From Bacillota bacterium (lineage in GTDB: Bacteria; Bacillota; Clostridia; Acetivibrionales; DTU013): 61,268 nt of DNA. Location of the stretch: assembly GCA_050261495.1 (NCBI GenBank), contig JBLNDI010000038.1:1-61268 (forward strand), read 5' to 3'. Within the stretch, counting starts at the first letter, position 1, and each line of letters begins with the position of its first letter. The notes beneath the pieces were generated by a model. That model saw only the letters and a list, made by a program, of their open reading frames with translations. It had not been told where the DNA came from and searched no databases. Positions 1 through 9,612 of the stretch are shown here, piece after piece. A program made the translations under genes and the position numbers.

Positions 1-154
1 TGGATTAGTTTAATTTTAGGGTTAACCGAGGAAGATTTGGTTTGAAAAATCCTACAACAAGTTGACACTATCGCCGGCATCCGTTCCATTTGTCACGGCT
101 CAATAATATGATAGAATTGTAATAAGGAATAAAAACAGATCGGAGCAACGCTGC

Positions 155-772
155 ATGAAGAAACTCGATATAATCAAATCTTATTATGAAGGCAATATGG
201 CCAAGGGACTCCCCGAATACGGCATCCTTGGATGGGAAAGCGAAGAGGCGCAGCGGACGAGGTTTGACATACTGCTTTCCAGGGTAAGCCTGGAAGGCAA
301 GAAGCTGCTCGACGTGGGCTGCGGCATGGGAAACCTGTATGAATATATAAAAAGCAAGGGCATTAACTTAAAGTATACCGGCGTCGACATACTTGCCAAA
401 ATGATTGAAAAGGCCAGGGCAAAACGCCTTGATGCCGAGTTCATCAATGTGGACATTTTTAAGAATAACATATTCGCGGAAAAGTCGTTTGACGTTATAT
501 ATGCTTCCGGCATATTCAACCTGGATCTCGGGAACAACAGGGAGTTCCTGGCCGACGCGCTGGAGTTGTTTTTCAGGTTGGCGCGCGAAACGGTGGTTTT
601 TAATCTTCTCGACGTTGCATCCCCGAACAGGGAAGACAGGTATTTTTATTTTCACCCCGACGAGGTTGCCGAAATCCTTGAAAAGTTTTCCGGCTTTCTG
701 GAAAGAACGGAATTTGTCGTATCCTACCTGGACAATGATTTCACGGTCGTATGCAGCGTAAAGCAGGCATGA
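155..772 (+). CDS. class I SAM-dependent methyltransferase
   Basis: 205-aa ORF. It has the glycine-rich SAM-binding motif LLDVGCGMGN followed by an acidic loop (YTGVDI), typical of Rossmann-fold methyltransferases. Confidence 0.75.
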   Translation: MKKLDIIKSYYEGNMAKGLPEYGILGWESEEAQRTRFDILLSRVSLEGKKLLDVGCGMGNLYEYIKSKGINLKYTGVDILAKMIEKARAKRLDAEFINVDIFKNNIFAEKSFDVIYASGIFNLDLGNNREFLADALELFFRLARETVVFNLLDVASPNREDRYFYFHPDEVAEILEKFSGFLERTEFVVSYLDNDFTVVCSVKQA

Positions 773-970
773 CGGCGCCCATGTGAATGCCCGAAGAACG
801 AGGCTTCCCGGAATACGGCGGTCAGGCAAATTTTCCATTAAAGTTTTTCGTGTATTATTTATGGGTATATGTTATGATATGTTATGAAATTGGTGAATTG
901 ATGTATTTTGAATTAGGTCATTGCATATCATGGCAGTTCCCTTTTCAGGATCCGTCATAAAAATACCGGG

Positions 971-2716
971 ATGGTGTGGAAAATGAAAACAATGAAACCT
1001 CTGTATACTGTCAGACAAATCAGTGATTTCAGGGATCTTTTGGAACAGAGCGCAAATCTTTTTGCAGATAAAGCGGCTTTCTGGGTAAGAATCAACGGGG
1101 GAGAATTAAGGAGCATAACATACAGGCATTTCAAGGATGATGTCGACGCGCTTGGCGCAGCCCTGGCTTTAATGGGCTTAAGGAACGGGTTTGTGGCCGT
1201 TATGGGAGAGAACAGGTACGAGTGGTGTGTCTCCTACCTTGCGGTTACAAACCATGTCGGTGTTGTTGTTCCGCTGGACAAGGAATTGCCGGTTGCCGAG
1301 AAGGCAAACCTGTTGACGAGAAGCGGCGCTAGGGCGTTGGTATTTTCCGGGCGTTACGCGGATGAAGTACGTGCATTGATGAATTCCTGCGGTTCTGTCG
1401 AATACTTTATCAACATGGACCTGGACGAGGACGCTGAGGGTGTTTTGTCCTTTGAAAAACTCCTTGATAAGGGTAGGCGTCTTCTGGAGCAGAAGATTGC
1501 CGGGGAGGACGATTATAAAATTGACAATTCGGCTTTAAGCGTGTTGCTTTTCACATCGGGCACCACCGACCTTGCCAAGGGCGTCATGCTTTCACAGAAA
1601 AACATATGCTCAAATATCATGAGCGTACGCAAAACAGTGTATGTCGACAGCAACGACAGGGTCCTGTCGATCCTGCCTTTGCACCACACTTATGAATGCA
1701 CCATAGGTTTCCTTACAATGATATACAGCGGGGGCACGATAGCTTTCAACGAAGGGCTCAAGCATATACAAAAAAACCTGGCGGAGGTAAAACCCACGAT
1801 ACTCGTGACGGTGCCGCTTCTTTTGGAAAACATGCACAGGAAAATATGGGGACAGATCAGGAAAAAACCCGGAATGGCTGTATTGGTCAAGATTATGATG
1901 ACCGTTGGCTCGGTTTTGAAATTCGTTATTCCCGGAATAAGGCGCGAGATGTTCAAGACAATACACCAAAGCTTCGGCGGTAAACTAAGACTGCTCGTCA
2001 CCGGCGCGGCGGCTATCGACCCGGTGGTTGTCAGGGGGCTTGACCGGCTGGGGATAAAGGTACTCCAGGGTTACGGCCTGACCGAGTGTTCGCCGCTGGT
2101 TATCGGGGAGAGGGATAATTTTTACGGCAACGGCTCCGTAGGACTGCCCATACCGGGGGTCGAGGTGAGAATCGACAATCCGGACGCCAACGGCGTGGGA
2201 GAGATTGTAACAAGAGGCGACAATATAATGCTTGGTTATTACAAAAACTCGGAAGCAACGAAAAAGTGCATGAAGGACGGGTGGTTCCATACCGGGGATC
2301 TGGGCAGAATAGGCAGGAAAGGGGCTTATTATATAACGGGGCGGCTTAAAAACGTAATTGTCACGAAGAACGGGAAAAACATCTTTCCCGAGGAGGTCGA
2401 GTCTTATATCAACAGGAGCCCTTATGTGCTCGAATCAATGGTAGCCGGTTATGAAGACGAGGAATCGGGCGAAACCGTGGTTGGAGCCCATATACTGCCC
2501 AATCTTGAGCTTATCAGGGAAAAATTAAAAGTTCACGCCCCTTCCATTGAGGATATCAGGAAAGTCATATCGGACGTGGTAAAGGCCGTGAACCGCGAAA
2601 TGCCGTTATACAAGCGCATAAGCAGGTTTACCATACGCGAGACCGACTTCATCAAGACAACGACCATGAAAATAAAGCGTTATGCCGAGAATCCGCAGGT
2701 AAACATGGAAAAATAA
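971..2716 (+). CDS. AMP-dependent long-chain acyl-CoA synthetase (FadD/ACSL-like)
   Basis: 581-aa ORF. It carries the AMP-binding signature LLFTSGTTDLAKGVMLSQKN, the YGLTE motif and GWFHTGDLG, and the C-terminal lysine region TMKIKR. Alternative in-frame ATGs lie at 983 and 992. Confidence 0.85.
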   Translation: MVWKMKTMKPLYTVRQISDFRDLLEQSANLFADKAAFWVRINGGELRSITYRHFKDDVDALGAALALMGLRNGFVAVMGENRYEWCVSYLAVTNHVGVVVPLDKELPVAEKANLLTRSGARALVFSGRYADEVRALMNSCGSVEYFINMDLDEDAEGVLSFEKLLDKGRRLLEQKIAGEDDYKIDNSALSVLLFTSGTTDLAKGVMLSQKNICSNIMSVRKTVYVDSNDRVLSILPLHHTYECTIGFLTMIYSGGTIAFNEGLKHIQKNLAEVKPTILVTVPLLLENMHRKIWGQIRKKPGMAVLVKIMMTVGSVLKFVIPGIRREMFKTIHQSFGGKLRLLVTGAAAIDPVVVRGLDRLGIKVLQGYGLTECSPLVIGERDNFYGNGSVGLPIPGVEVRIDNPDANGVGEIVTRGDNIMLGYYKNSEATKKCMKDGWFHTGDLGRIGRKGAYYITGRLKNVIVTKNGKNIFPEEVESYINRSPYVLESMVAGYEDEESGETVVGAHILPNLELIREKLKVHAPSIEDIRKVISDVVKAVNREMPLYKRISRFTIRETDFIKTTTMKIKRYAENPQVNMEK

Positions 2717-2758
2717 AAAAATCCTTGCAGCCATTAAGCCGGAAAGGCGGTGTGATGT

Positions 2759-3691
2759 ATGAGCCGGGAAAGTTTTGTATTCAAGGGTGCAAACGGACAG
2801 GATGTTTTCACCTGGCGTTGGAGCGCGCCCGGTGAACCACGCGGTGTTTTGCAGGTAATCCACGGGATGATGGAGCATGCCGGGAGATACTCGGAATTTG
2901 CGGAATACCTGAACGGGAGAGGTTTTGAGGTATATGCATGCGACCTGCGCGGCCACGGGAGGACCGGCGATACGAACGGGAACCTCTGCCACCTGGACAA
3001 GGACGGTTTCAACGGAATCGTGGAAGACCAGAAGATGCTTTCGGACCTGATAGCGGGAAAGCGTCCCGGCGTTCCGCTTTTTATCCTTGGACACAGTTTC
3101 GGTTCTTTTGTGCTGCAGGAATACATGAAACGATACGGTAATGATGTTTCGGGAGTTATCCTTTCCGGCTCATGCAAAATGGACGGCCCGGAAGTGAGAG
3201 CAGGCCTGGCCGTTGCTGGGCTGTCCCTGCCGTTCGGATGGCGGAGGCCGAACAAGCTGATAAGCAGGCTGAGCTTCGGAGGGTACAACAAAAGGATAGA
3301 GAAGCCGGAGAGCAAATATTCATGGCTGAGCCGCGATTGCGCCCAGGTGCGCAAATACGATGACGACCGCTTTTGCGGAATTATAATGAGTACGGGTTTC
3401 TACTACTGTTTTTTTAAGGGGCTTACCGGGCTGTACCGGCGTACCGGCGCCGGCGGAATCAACGTGAAACTGCCGGTTGCCATCATGTCCGGCACATGCG
3501 ATCCTGTCGGGAAATACGGCAAGGGAGTAAAAAGGCTGTACGAATGGTACAGGAGCATCGGCGTGCAGGATGTCCTGCTGAAGCTTTATGAAGGCGCAAG
3601 GCATGAAATAATCAACGAAACCAACCGGCAGGAGGTTTACAATGATATAGCCTCCTGGATGGAAGAGCGCATCGGCGCGGACCGGCAATGA
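2759..3691 (+). CDS. alpha/beta hydrolase, lysophospholipase / monoacylglycerol-lipase-like
   Basis: 310-aa ORF. It has an HG oxyanion motif (VIHGMMEHAGRY), a GHSFGS nucleophile elbow and a C-terminal histidine region (GARHEI). Confidence 0.75.
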   Translation: MSRESFVFKGANGQDVFTWRWSAPGEPRGVLQVIHGMMEHAGRYSEFAEYLNGRGFEVYACDLRGHGRTGDTNGNLCHLDKDGFNGIVEDQKMLSDLIAGKRPGVPLFILGHSFGSFVLQEYMKRYGNDVSGVILSGSCKMDGPEVRAGLAVAGLSLPFGWRRPNKLISRLSFGGYNKRIEKPESKYSWLSRDCAQVRKYDDDRFCGIIMSTGFYYCFFKGLTGLYRRTGAGGINVKLPVAIMSGTCDPVGKYGKGVKRLYEWYRSIGVQDVLLKLYEGARHEIINETNRQEVYNDIASWMEERIGADRQ

Positions 3692-3747
3692 ATCGCCGAC
3701 GATGCGTACTATGCAAAGCGGTGTTTTTGCCGCGTTGACCGCGAACG

Positions 3748-5019
3748 CTATACTACCGCGCCCAGGAGAAGTATGCCTTCGTTTTCGCGGTAGATTTTCG
3801 GCAATTGGCCCCATGGCAAGGGATTTACGCCTCTTCCTACTTCTATCGTATAGCCCGGTCTCCTGTATTCCTGCAAAAACCAGTCCTTGTACCCGGCGTA
3901 TGCCGCTTCGGGCGTACCTGCCTCAACGGCATAGCCGCTGATGGCCGCAAACTGGTTTGCGATGGTTAGTGCGACAGGAGGCGCGTAATCCTGGAACTGC
4001 CAGTAAATTACCTCGCCCTGGGTATGGTAGGCGATGACGATCCTGAAGTTGTGAGCCCTTGTAAAATCGACCATAGCCCTTGATTCCGGTTCGGACAGCG
4101 GAGCGTCGCCCCCGAAATCCCTTGGGCCGGGGCTGGTTATGCCTTGTTCTATTTCCTCCTGTTTTTCTCTCTCCCACAATGCGGGGTAATTCAGGTTCAA
4201 ATCCACGCCCCTTATATTTGCCTTCCATACGCTGGGCAGCGGCAGGCCTGTTCTGTTAAGCCGCGCGGCCGCGGTGAACGCGGGATCCTCGTAATTGGGC
4301 CAATAGGCCACAAGATCAACTCCGTCGGGATTTACAAGCGGAATAATGTAAATGCTCGTGAGGTTGTAGAGCTCCCTGATATTATATCCCTGTATGCTTC
4401 CGCCGGTCGAATACGCCTTGGAGTAGTTCTCAATGAATTCCATGAGGACAGGCGTGGTGATTGATTCATTCGCGTGGTGCGACGCATTGTACGACACTTC
4501 CCTGCTTCCCCTTCCAAGCCTTACATAATAAAGCTCCCTTCCCAGGACGCTCCTGCCGATGGAGCCGGTTTCCAGGAACGGATACCTGGCTTTCAGTCCC
4601 TGTATCTGCAGGCTGACGATTTCATACGTGGGCGCTACGTCGAGCGTTACCACGTCAATACCGTATGGGACGGTCAGCCTTTGGCCGACGGACAGCCTGT
4701 CGGGATCAATGCCCGGGTTTGCCGTGACAATTGCGTTTACGGTGGTATAATAAGCCCCGGCTATCCTGTACAGCGTGTCGCCCGGGCGCACGGTATATGT
4801 ATCATAACCTCTTGCAAGCCTTGACATGACATTCCAGGTAGCCGGGCCGACTATGCCGTCGGCTGCAAGGCCGTTGTTCCGCTGGAATGCGATTACCGCC
4901 CGGTATGTAAGCGGGCCGAATACACCATCTACCGGCCCGGCGTTGTACCCGATCCTGTTGAGAAGACTCTGGGCGAGCCTGACATCGGGCCCGGTTGAGC
5001 CCACCGAGATTGTTTGCAT
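3748..5019 (-). CDS. M14 peptidase with PG-binding and LysM domains (gamma-D-glutamyl-meso-diaminopimelate peptidase-like)
   Basis: 423-aa ORF. The N-terminus has a PG_binding_1-like repeat (GPVDGVFGPLTYRAVIAFQRNNGLAADGIVGPATW). A LysM follows (YTVRPGDTLYRIAG...LSVGQRLTVP). The core is a zinc carboxypeptidase with H-x-x-E ligands (HANESIT). Confidence 0.75.
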   Translation of the reverse strand: MQTISVGSTGPDVRLAQSLLNRIGYNAGPVDGVFGPLTYRAVIAFQRNNGLAADGIVGPATWNVMSRLARGYDTYTVRPGDTLYRIAGAYYTTVNAIVTANPGIDPDRLSVGQRLTVPYGIDVVTLDVAPTYEIVSLQIQGLKARYPFLETGSIGRSVLGRELYYVRLGRGSREVSYNASHHANESITTPVLMEFIENYSKAYSTGGSIQGYNIRELYNLTSIYIIPLVNPDGVDLVAYWPNYEDPAFTAAARLNRTGLPLPSVWKANIRGVDLNLNYPALWEREKQEEIEQGITSPGPRDFGGDAPLSEPESRAMVDFTRAHNFRIVIAYHTQGEVIYWQFQDYAPPVALTIANQFAAISGYAVEAGTPEAAYAGYKDWFLQEYRRPGYTIEVGRGVNPLPWGQLPKIYRENEGILLLGAVV

Positions 5020-5148
5020 GATATTGACACCTGCCCATGGGTTATTTATTAGGAGATACCATTGCTGCCTCGCTATATTATATTAGGCATCCTGCGGTAT
5101 TGTTACGCCGGGCTTTGAAAAATGCAGGAGGGCTTGCATTCGGGCGTG

Positions 5149-5441
5149 TCAGGGGAATGGGGGTTTGACATAATACGGACGAATTGGCGGCTTGCATAGG
5201 GTGCGGGTCAAGGCATCGGATGAAATCTCCGAGCGATTCCAACGCATATGCCTGTAATTTGTTCGGCCGCTTCTAATATGACATCCATGTCATTGCCAGC
5301 TAAATCCGCCATCCGGGCGGATTTACCTCACCATGGTTTTGCATATGCGGGACTCGCTGAGTCGTTTCATCATATGCCTTGACTCGCACCCTATGCAAGC
5401 CGCTGCCGATTCGTCCGCATGTCAAACCCCCGTCCCCTGAC
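5149..5441. repeat. family-A intergenic repeat, copy 1 (long imperfect inverted repeat around a conserved core)
   Basis: The left arm gtcaggggaatgggggtttgaca...ggcggcttgcatagggtgcgggtcaaggcat is the near reverse complement of the right arm atgccttgactcgcaccctatgcaagccgc...tgtcaaacccccgtcccctgac. The core carries two perfect small hairpins (atgacat-cc-atgtcat and aaatccgcc-atccg-ggcggattt). A second copy lies at 56845-57064. Confidence 0.8.
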
Positions 5442-5521
5442 ATTCGCCATATCTGCCCGTCTTTTCACCCTTGTCTTGATATTTCAGGCCGGTTGGGATA
5501 CAATTTTAAAAAAAGCGGAAG

Positions 5522-7360
5522 ATGATTCCCGACAGCGGGAAAAGCCGCAGTAAGCCCGGTCAAAAAGGCAAAGCCGGGGTACCCGGGACGGAGGGAAACA
5601 TGGAAAATACGGACGGAAACAGTGTCCTCAGGCAGAATTCAAAGCTTCTTACCACGCTGCTGGAAGTGTCCAACCTCGTATCATCGACAATGGAACTGAA
5701 GCCGTTGCTTGAGGCCATTCTTGAGAAGCTGGGAACAATAATTGAATATAAAAACGCAAGAATATTTGTTGTTGACGGCGGGAAGGCCGGCATCATAGCG
5801 CGGCGGCCGGATCCCGGCGCAGGGCAGGAGATTGCTTTTTCGCCGGTCTTGGGTATTCGGTGCGTAAACGATAGGAAGCCGGTGGTGATAAAGGATTTGC
5901 ATTCGGATGAGGACACCGCCGTTCTGTTCAGGAAGCGCGCCGGCGCCTGTATGGATACCGTGTATAAGGGCGTGCGATGCCTGGTAAACCTTCCGATGGT
6001 ATACAAGAATGAAGTCGTAGGCGTTTTGGAGCTCGATCACAGTGAGCCGGGATTTTATAATGAATATCACGTGGAACTTGGCATGGCCTTTGCAAGCCAG
6101 GCGGCTATAGAATATAAAAACATCAGGCTGTACGAAGAAACCATAAGGCTTTATGAAGAGGAGAAAAGAAGGCTTAAGGAAAACGAGCAGAGAAGGCGTG
6201 TGGCCGAAGGCCTCGGGGATATCCTGAAAGCGCTCAATTCCAACAAGTCTCTTGAAGATATACTTGATTTTATCATAAAGCATACCGCGAGGCTTTTACA
6301 TGCCGAATCAGCCGTCTTGTTCAGGTTCGGCAATGATAAAAGGACCCTTGTACCCGAAGCTTCCTTCGGGATGCCCGGTAGAAAGAATGGCGCCGCGTTT
6401 GACGGCGCGGAAGCAGGCATCATGGTGGAAGCCTTTATGGAACGCAGACCCTTGGTAATGACGGATTTGTCGGAAAAAAGCGCGTCGCGCGCAACCGGGT
6501 CCGGTGAAGATTCCCGGCTTGATTGGCTGCGGGAAAACTACCACGGCATAATGGCTGTTCCCCTTGTATGCAAGGACGAGGTTTACGGGGGGATAGCGCT
6601 GTATTTCAAAAAAGGCGGCAAGCACCAGAATAATCCCATTTCAGGCGAAGAGATAAGCCTGGCTATGACATTTGCAGACCAGGCTGCACTGGCTATCGAC
6701 AACACGCGCCTCAGGAAAAAGGCGGAGGAAATGGCGGTAGCCGCGGAGAGAAACCGGCTTGCCCGTGATCTCCATGATTCCGTGACGCAGACGCTTTTTT
6801 CAGCCAGCCTCATTGCCGAGGTCGTTCCAAAGATGTGGGAACTGAACCGGGACGAAGGAATGAAAAGGCTCGAGGAATTAAGGCAGTTAACACGCGGGGC
6901 CCTTGCCGAAATGAGGATGCTGCTTTTTGAGTTAAGGCCTGCAACGCTGATGGAAGCGCCGATTAATGAGCTTTTAAAGCAACTGGCGCAAGCAATCACA
7001 GGCCGGGCAAGGATTACGGTCGAACTGGATATTAAGGGTACGGCAAAGCTGCCCTTGGAGGTAAAGACCGTCTTTTACCGCGTGGCGCAGGAAGCCTTGA
7101 ATAATGTGGCGAAGCATTCCGGTGCGAAAAAAGCGGCGGTTGAGCTGAGGGTAAACGAAGACGAACAACTGGGAGTCATTGTCGCCGGGCTGAGAGTGTC
7201 CGATGACGGCCGGGGATTCGAACCGGAAAAGGTCGTTTCCGGCCATTTTGGGCTTGGAATAATGAAGGAGCGCGCCGAATCGGTCGGGGCGAAACTGAAA
7301 GTGGCGTCAAGGCCGGGCGAAGGCACGGTTGTATCCCTGGAATGGGTCGGCGGAAAATAA
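5522..7360 (+). CDS. cytoplasmic GAF-domain sensor histidine kinase (HisKA_3 / NarX-DegS type)
   Basis: 612-aa ORF with no hydrophobic N-terminal segment and two GAF-like regions. It has the H-box RNRLARDLHDSVTQTLF, the N-box EALNNVAKHS, and the G-boxes DDGRGF and GLGIMKERAESVGA. An internal start at MENTDGN is possible. Confidence 0.85.
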   Translation: MIPDSGKSRSKPGQKGKAGVPGTEGNMENTDGNSVLRQNSKLLTTLLEVSNLVSSTMELKPLLEAILEKLGTIIEYKNARIFVVDGGKAGIIARRPDPGAGQEIAFSPVLGIRCVNDRKPVVIKDLHSDEDTAVLFRKRAGACMDTVYKGVRCLVNLPMVYKNEVVGVLELDHSEPGFYNEYHVELGMAFASQAAIEYKNIRLYEETIRLYEEEKRRLKENEQRRRVAEGLGDILKALNSNKSLEDILDFIIKHTARLLHAESAVLFRFGNDKRTLVPEASFGMPGRKNGAAFDGAEAGIMVEAFMERRPLVMTDLSEKSASRATGSGEDSRLDWLRENYHGIMAVPLVCKDEVYGGIALYFKKGGKHQNNPISGEEISLAMTFADQAALAIDNTRLRKKAEEMAVAAERNRLARDLHDSVTQTLFSASLIAEVVPKMWELNRDEGMKRLEELRQLTRGALAEMRMLLFELRPATLMEAPINELLKQLAQAITGRARITVELDIKGTAKLPLEVKTVFYRVAQEALNNVAKHSGAKKAAVELRVNEDEQLGVIVAGLRVSDDGRGFEPEKVVSGHFGLGIMKERAESVGAKLKVASRPGEGTVVSLEWVGGK

Positions 7361-7411
7361 TTATAATCGTGCATGGCGGTAAAACCGCCAGTGCCGGAAC
7401 GGGGGATAGGC

Positions 7412-8047
7412 ATGGAAAACAAAAAAATTAAAATTCTCGTTGTAGATGATCATAGCGTTGTCAGAAGCGGGCTGGGAGCATTCCTGCAAATATTTGAAGA
7501 CTTTGAGCTGGTCGGAGAGGCGTCCAACGGGAAGGAAGCCGTGGAAGCATGCGCTTCAGCCAAGCCGGATGTCGTGCTGATGGATCTTGTAATGCCCGTG
7601 ATGGATGGAGCGCAGGCTATACAGGAAATACGCGAACGATTTCCAGGCATACAGGTAATCGCGCTTACAAGCTTCAAGGAAGATGACCTGGTTGAACGTG
7701 CCATTCAAGCCGGGGCTATCGGATACCTGCTTAAAGACGTATCAGCCGAGGAATTGGCCCAGGCCATACGTTCCGCATATGCCGGGCGTCCGACGCTGGC
7801 TCCCGAGGCGACGCAGGTGTTGATGAAAGCGTCCGGCCGCAGGCAGACACGCGACAATGTGCTTACGGAAAGGGAAAAGGAAGTACTGAAAATGATGGTC
7901 GACGGACTCAGCAATCCCGAAATTGCCGAGAAGCTGTTCGTAAGCAGGTCGACCGTTAAATTCCATGTGAGCAGCATATTGTCCAAGCTCGGCGTATCCG
8001 GAAGGACAGAAGCCGTAGCAGTTGCAATCCAGAAAAAGCTGGTATGA
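7412..8047 (+). CDS. NarL/LuxR-family response regulator
   Basis: The receiver domain shows [18 protein letters not shown] and ALTS. The C-terminus is a LuxR-type HTH ([44 protein letters not shown]). The ORF is open from 7373. The ATG at 7412 follows a GGGGGA Shine-Dalgarno sequence. Confidence 0.88.
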   Translation: MENKKIKILVVDDHSVVRSGLGAFLQIFEDFELVGEASNGKEAVEACASAKPDVVLMDLVMPVMDGAQAIQEIRERFPGIQVIALTSFKEDDLVERAIQAGAIGYLLKDVSAEELAQAIRSAYAGRPTLAPEATQVLMKASGRRQTRDNVLTEREKEVLKMMVDGLSNPEIAEKLFVSRSTVKFHVSSILSKLGVSGRTEAVAVAIQKKLV

Positions 8048-8106
8048 GGGTAAACAGGAACCTGGCCATCCGGCCAGGCCGAAGACTGGTCATCCGGCCG
8101 GAAATA

Positions 8107-8146
8107 ATCTCCCCATGTGATTGAAGCACAAGGGGGGATTTTTTAT
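8107..8146 (+). terminator. putative intrinsic terminator after the response-regulator gene
   Basis: The stem atctcccc / ggggggat (one G-U pair) is followed by the T-run attttttatt. Confidence 0.55.
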
Positions 8147-8322
8147 TACAATAAAAATAAAACAAGAGGCGTTCAGCCGTACAGGAAGCGATTTATGCCG
8201 GGCAAGGGCGGTTTTATGCGGGGCTGAAGGAGATTTTAACCGATTGCAGGCGTGACGTTCAAATAATAATGGGTTAACGTCGGAGAAAAGAAGGGAATAA
8301 AGCATATATAGGGGTGATACGG

Positions 8323-8697
8323 ATGAAGGTGTTGATTGCTGACGACCAAGCTGATGTGCGTTGCGCGTTAAGAATATTATTGGAAAACAAGGGCGGACCG
8401 TTTGCGTTTGCCGAAGCAGAGGGGTTAAAGAGCCTTTTTGAAGAGACTGAAAGTGAAAAGCCCGATCTTGTCCTGCTCGACTGGGAATTGTCGGGACAAA
8501 CCATGGACAATGTCATACCGGTGTTGAGACGCATTGCGCCCGATGCCAGGATTATTGCCCTCAGCGTATATCCCGAAGCGGAAAAAGCAGCAATAAAAGC
8601 GGGCGCGGATGCTTTTGCCAGCAAAGGGGAGAACCCGGACAAGCTGCTTGATATTATCCGTTCGGACGGGTTAGCCGCTATCCATGAGGCCAGGTAA
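8323..8697 (+). CDS. single-domain (receiver-only) response regulator
   Basis: It has only REC hallmarks (KVLIADDQ, DLVLLDWEL, IIALS, KAGADAF) and no output domain. The ORF is open from the GTG at 8314. Confidence 0.72.
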   Translation: MKVLIADDQADVRCALRILLENKGGPFAFAEAEGLKSLFEETESEKPDLVLLDWELSGQTMDNVIPVLRRIAPDARIIALSVYPEAEKAAIKAGADAFASKGENPDKLLDIIRSDGLAAIHEAR

Positions 8698-8847
8698 AAA
8701 ACCAACCGTATGTCCTGCTTTAAAACTCCCCTTTTGACTGATGTATTTGCCATGCCGGAGCAATATACTTTAATTGTAAATGATGAACGCAACAAACCCG
8801 GGTAGACATGCGGTCATATTATTAGAAATATCGGGGAGGGTAAACAA

Positions 8848-9387
8848 ATGGAAAGAACAGATTATCAATTGGTGCAAGCATGCCTCAATGGCGACAAGGA
8901 CGCCTTTTCCGAGTTGGTTTCAAGGTATAAAAGGCTTATTTACTCAGTTGCATATAAATTTTCCAGGGACAGCGGGGAAGTAGACGACATGGCGCAGGAA
9001 GCTTTCATAAAAATATACAAATCGCTTTCCAGGTATGACAGCAGGTTCAAGTTCTCCACCTGGTGCGTCAAGGTTGCGACCAATATCTGCCTCGACCATG
9101 TCAGGCGAAATAAAATGAAATCAGTTTCCCTCGAGGAGATGGAAAACATAAAAATCGGCGGCAATTCGCCCGAGGAGCATTATCTCCGGAAAGAAAAAAC
9201 ACGGATGCTGAAAGAGGCGATAGAAGGTCTGCCCGAGATGTACAGGGAGCCGATTGTCATGTACCACCAGAAAGGGATGTCGTACAAGGAGATTGCCGAA
9301 TCGCTGGGGAAACCGATGTCCATTATTAAAAACAGGATATTCAGGGCAAGGCGGACACTAAGGGATAGCCTGTTCGGCGTAGCATGA
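8848..9387 (+). CDS. ECF-type RNA polymerase sigma-70 family factor
   Basis: 179-aa ORF. Region 2 reads AQEAFIKIYKSLSRYDSRFKFSTWCVKVATNICLDHVRR. The region 4 HTH reads MSYKEIAESLGKPMSIIKNRIFRARRTLR. Confidence 0.88.
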   Translation: MERTDYQLVQACLNGDKDAFSELVSRYKRLIYSVAYKFSRDSGEVDDMAQEAFIKIYKSLSRYDSRFKFSTWCVKVATNICLDHVRRNKMKSVSLEEMENIKIGGNSPEEHYLRKEKTRMLKEAIEGLPEMYREPIVMYHQKGMSYKEIAESLGKPMSIIKNRIFRARRTLRDSLFGVA

Positions 9388-9399
9388 CCTTGGGTGGAC

Positions 9400-9612
9400 A
9401 GGGCGGCTTGCAATTTTACATCATGTTCCGTCACGGGCAGGCTCCTGTCTCACTTCAACGCGGGCGATGAAAGCTCAGAGCGAACGGGCGGACATAGCGT
9501 AAATATGACATCAGGTTCCGTCATGCGCAGGCTGTAATGCTTTGACTCGTCCTCAAGCGGGCGCGGATGAATCGGCATCCATGCCTTAGGCATCGCGCGC
9601 CCGCATCGTCTG
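9400..9612. repeat. mosaic intergenic repeat block (pieces of families A and B)
   Basis: It shares ggcggcttgca and gatgaaagctc-gagcga with family A. It shares cctgtctcacttcaacgcgggcg with the family-B units at 54265-54340. There is an internal direct repeat, acatcatgttccgtcacgggcaggct / acatcaggttccgtcatgcgcaggct, and a GC hairpin gggcgcg...cgcgccc. Confidence 0.65.

Noticed and set aside
5243-5385. 44-codon plus-strand ORF conserved in both family-A copies
   Set aside because: There is no Shine-Dalgarno sequence. Five of the six inter-copy differences are non-synonymous in this frame. The tiny minus-strand ORF has a more coding-like substitution pattern, but only five sites are available, so no CDS is called.
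8274-8795. 173-aa minus-strand ORF
   Set aside because: It is antisense to the receiver-only response regulator gene, which has clear REC motifs.
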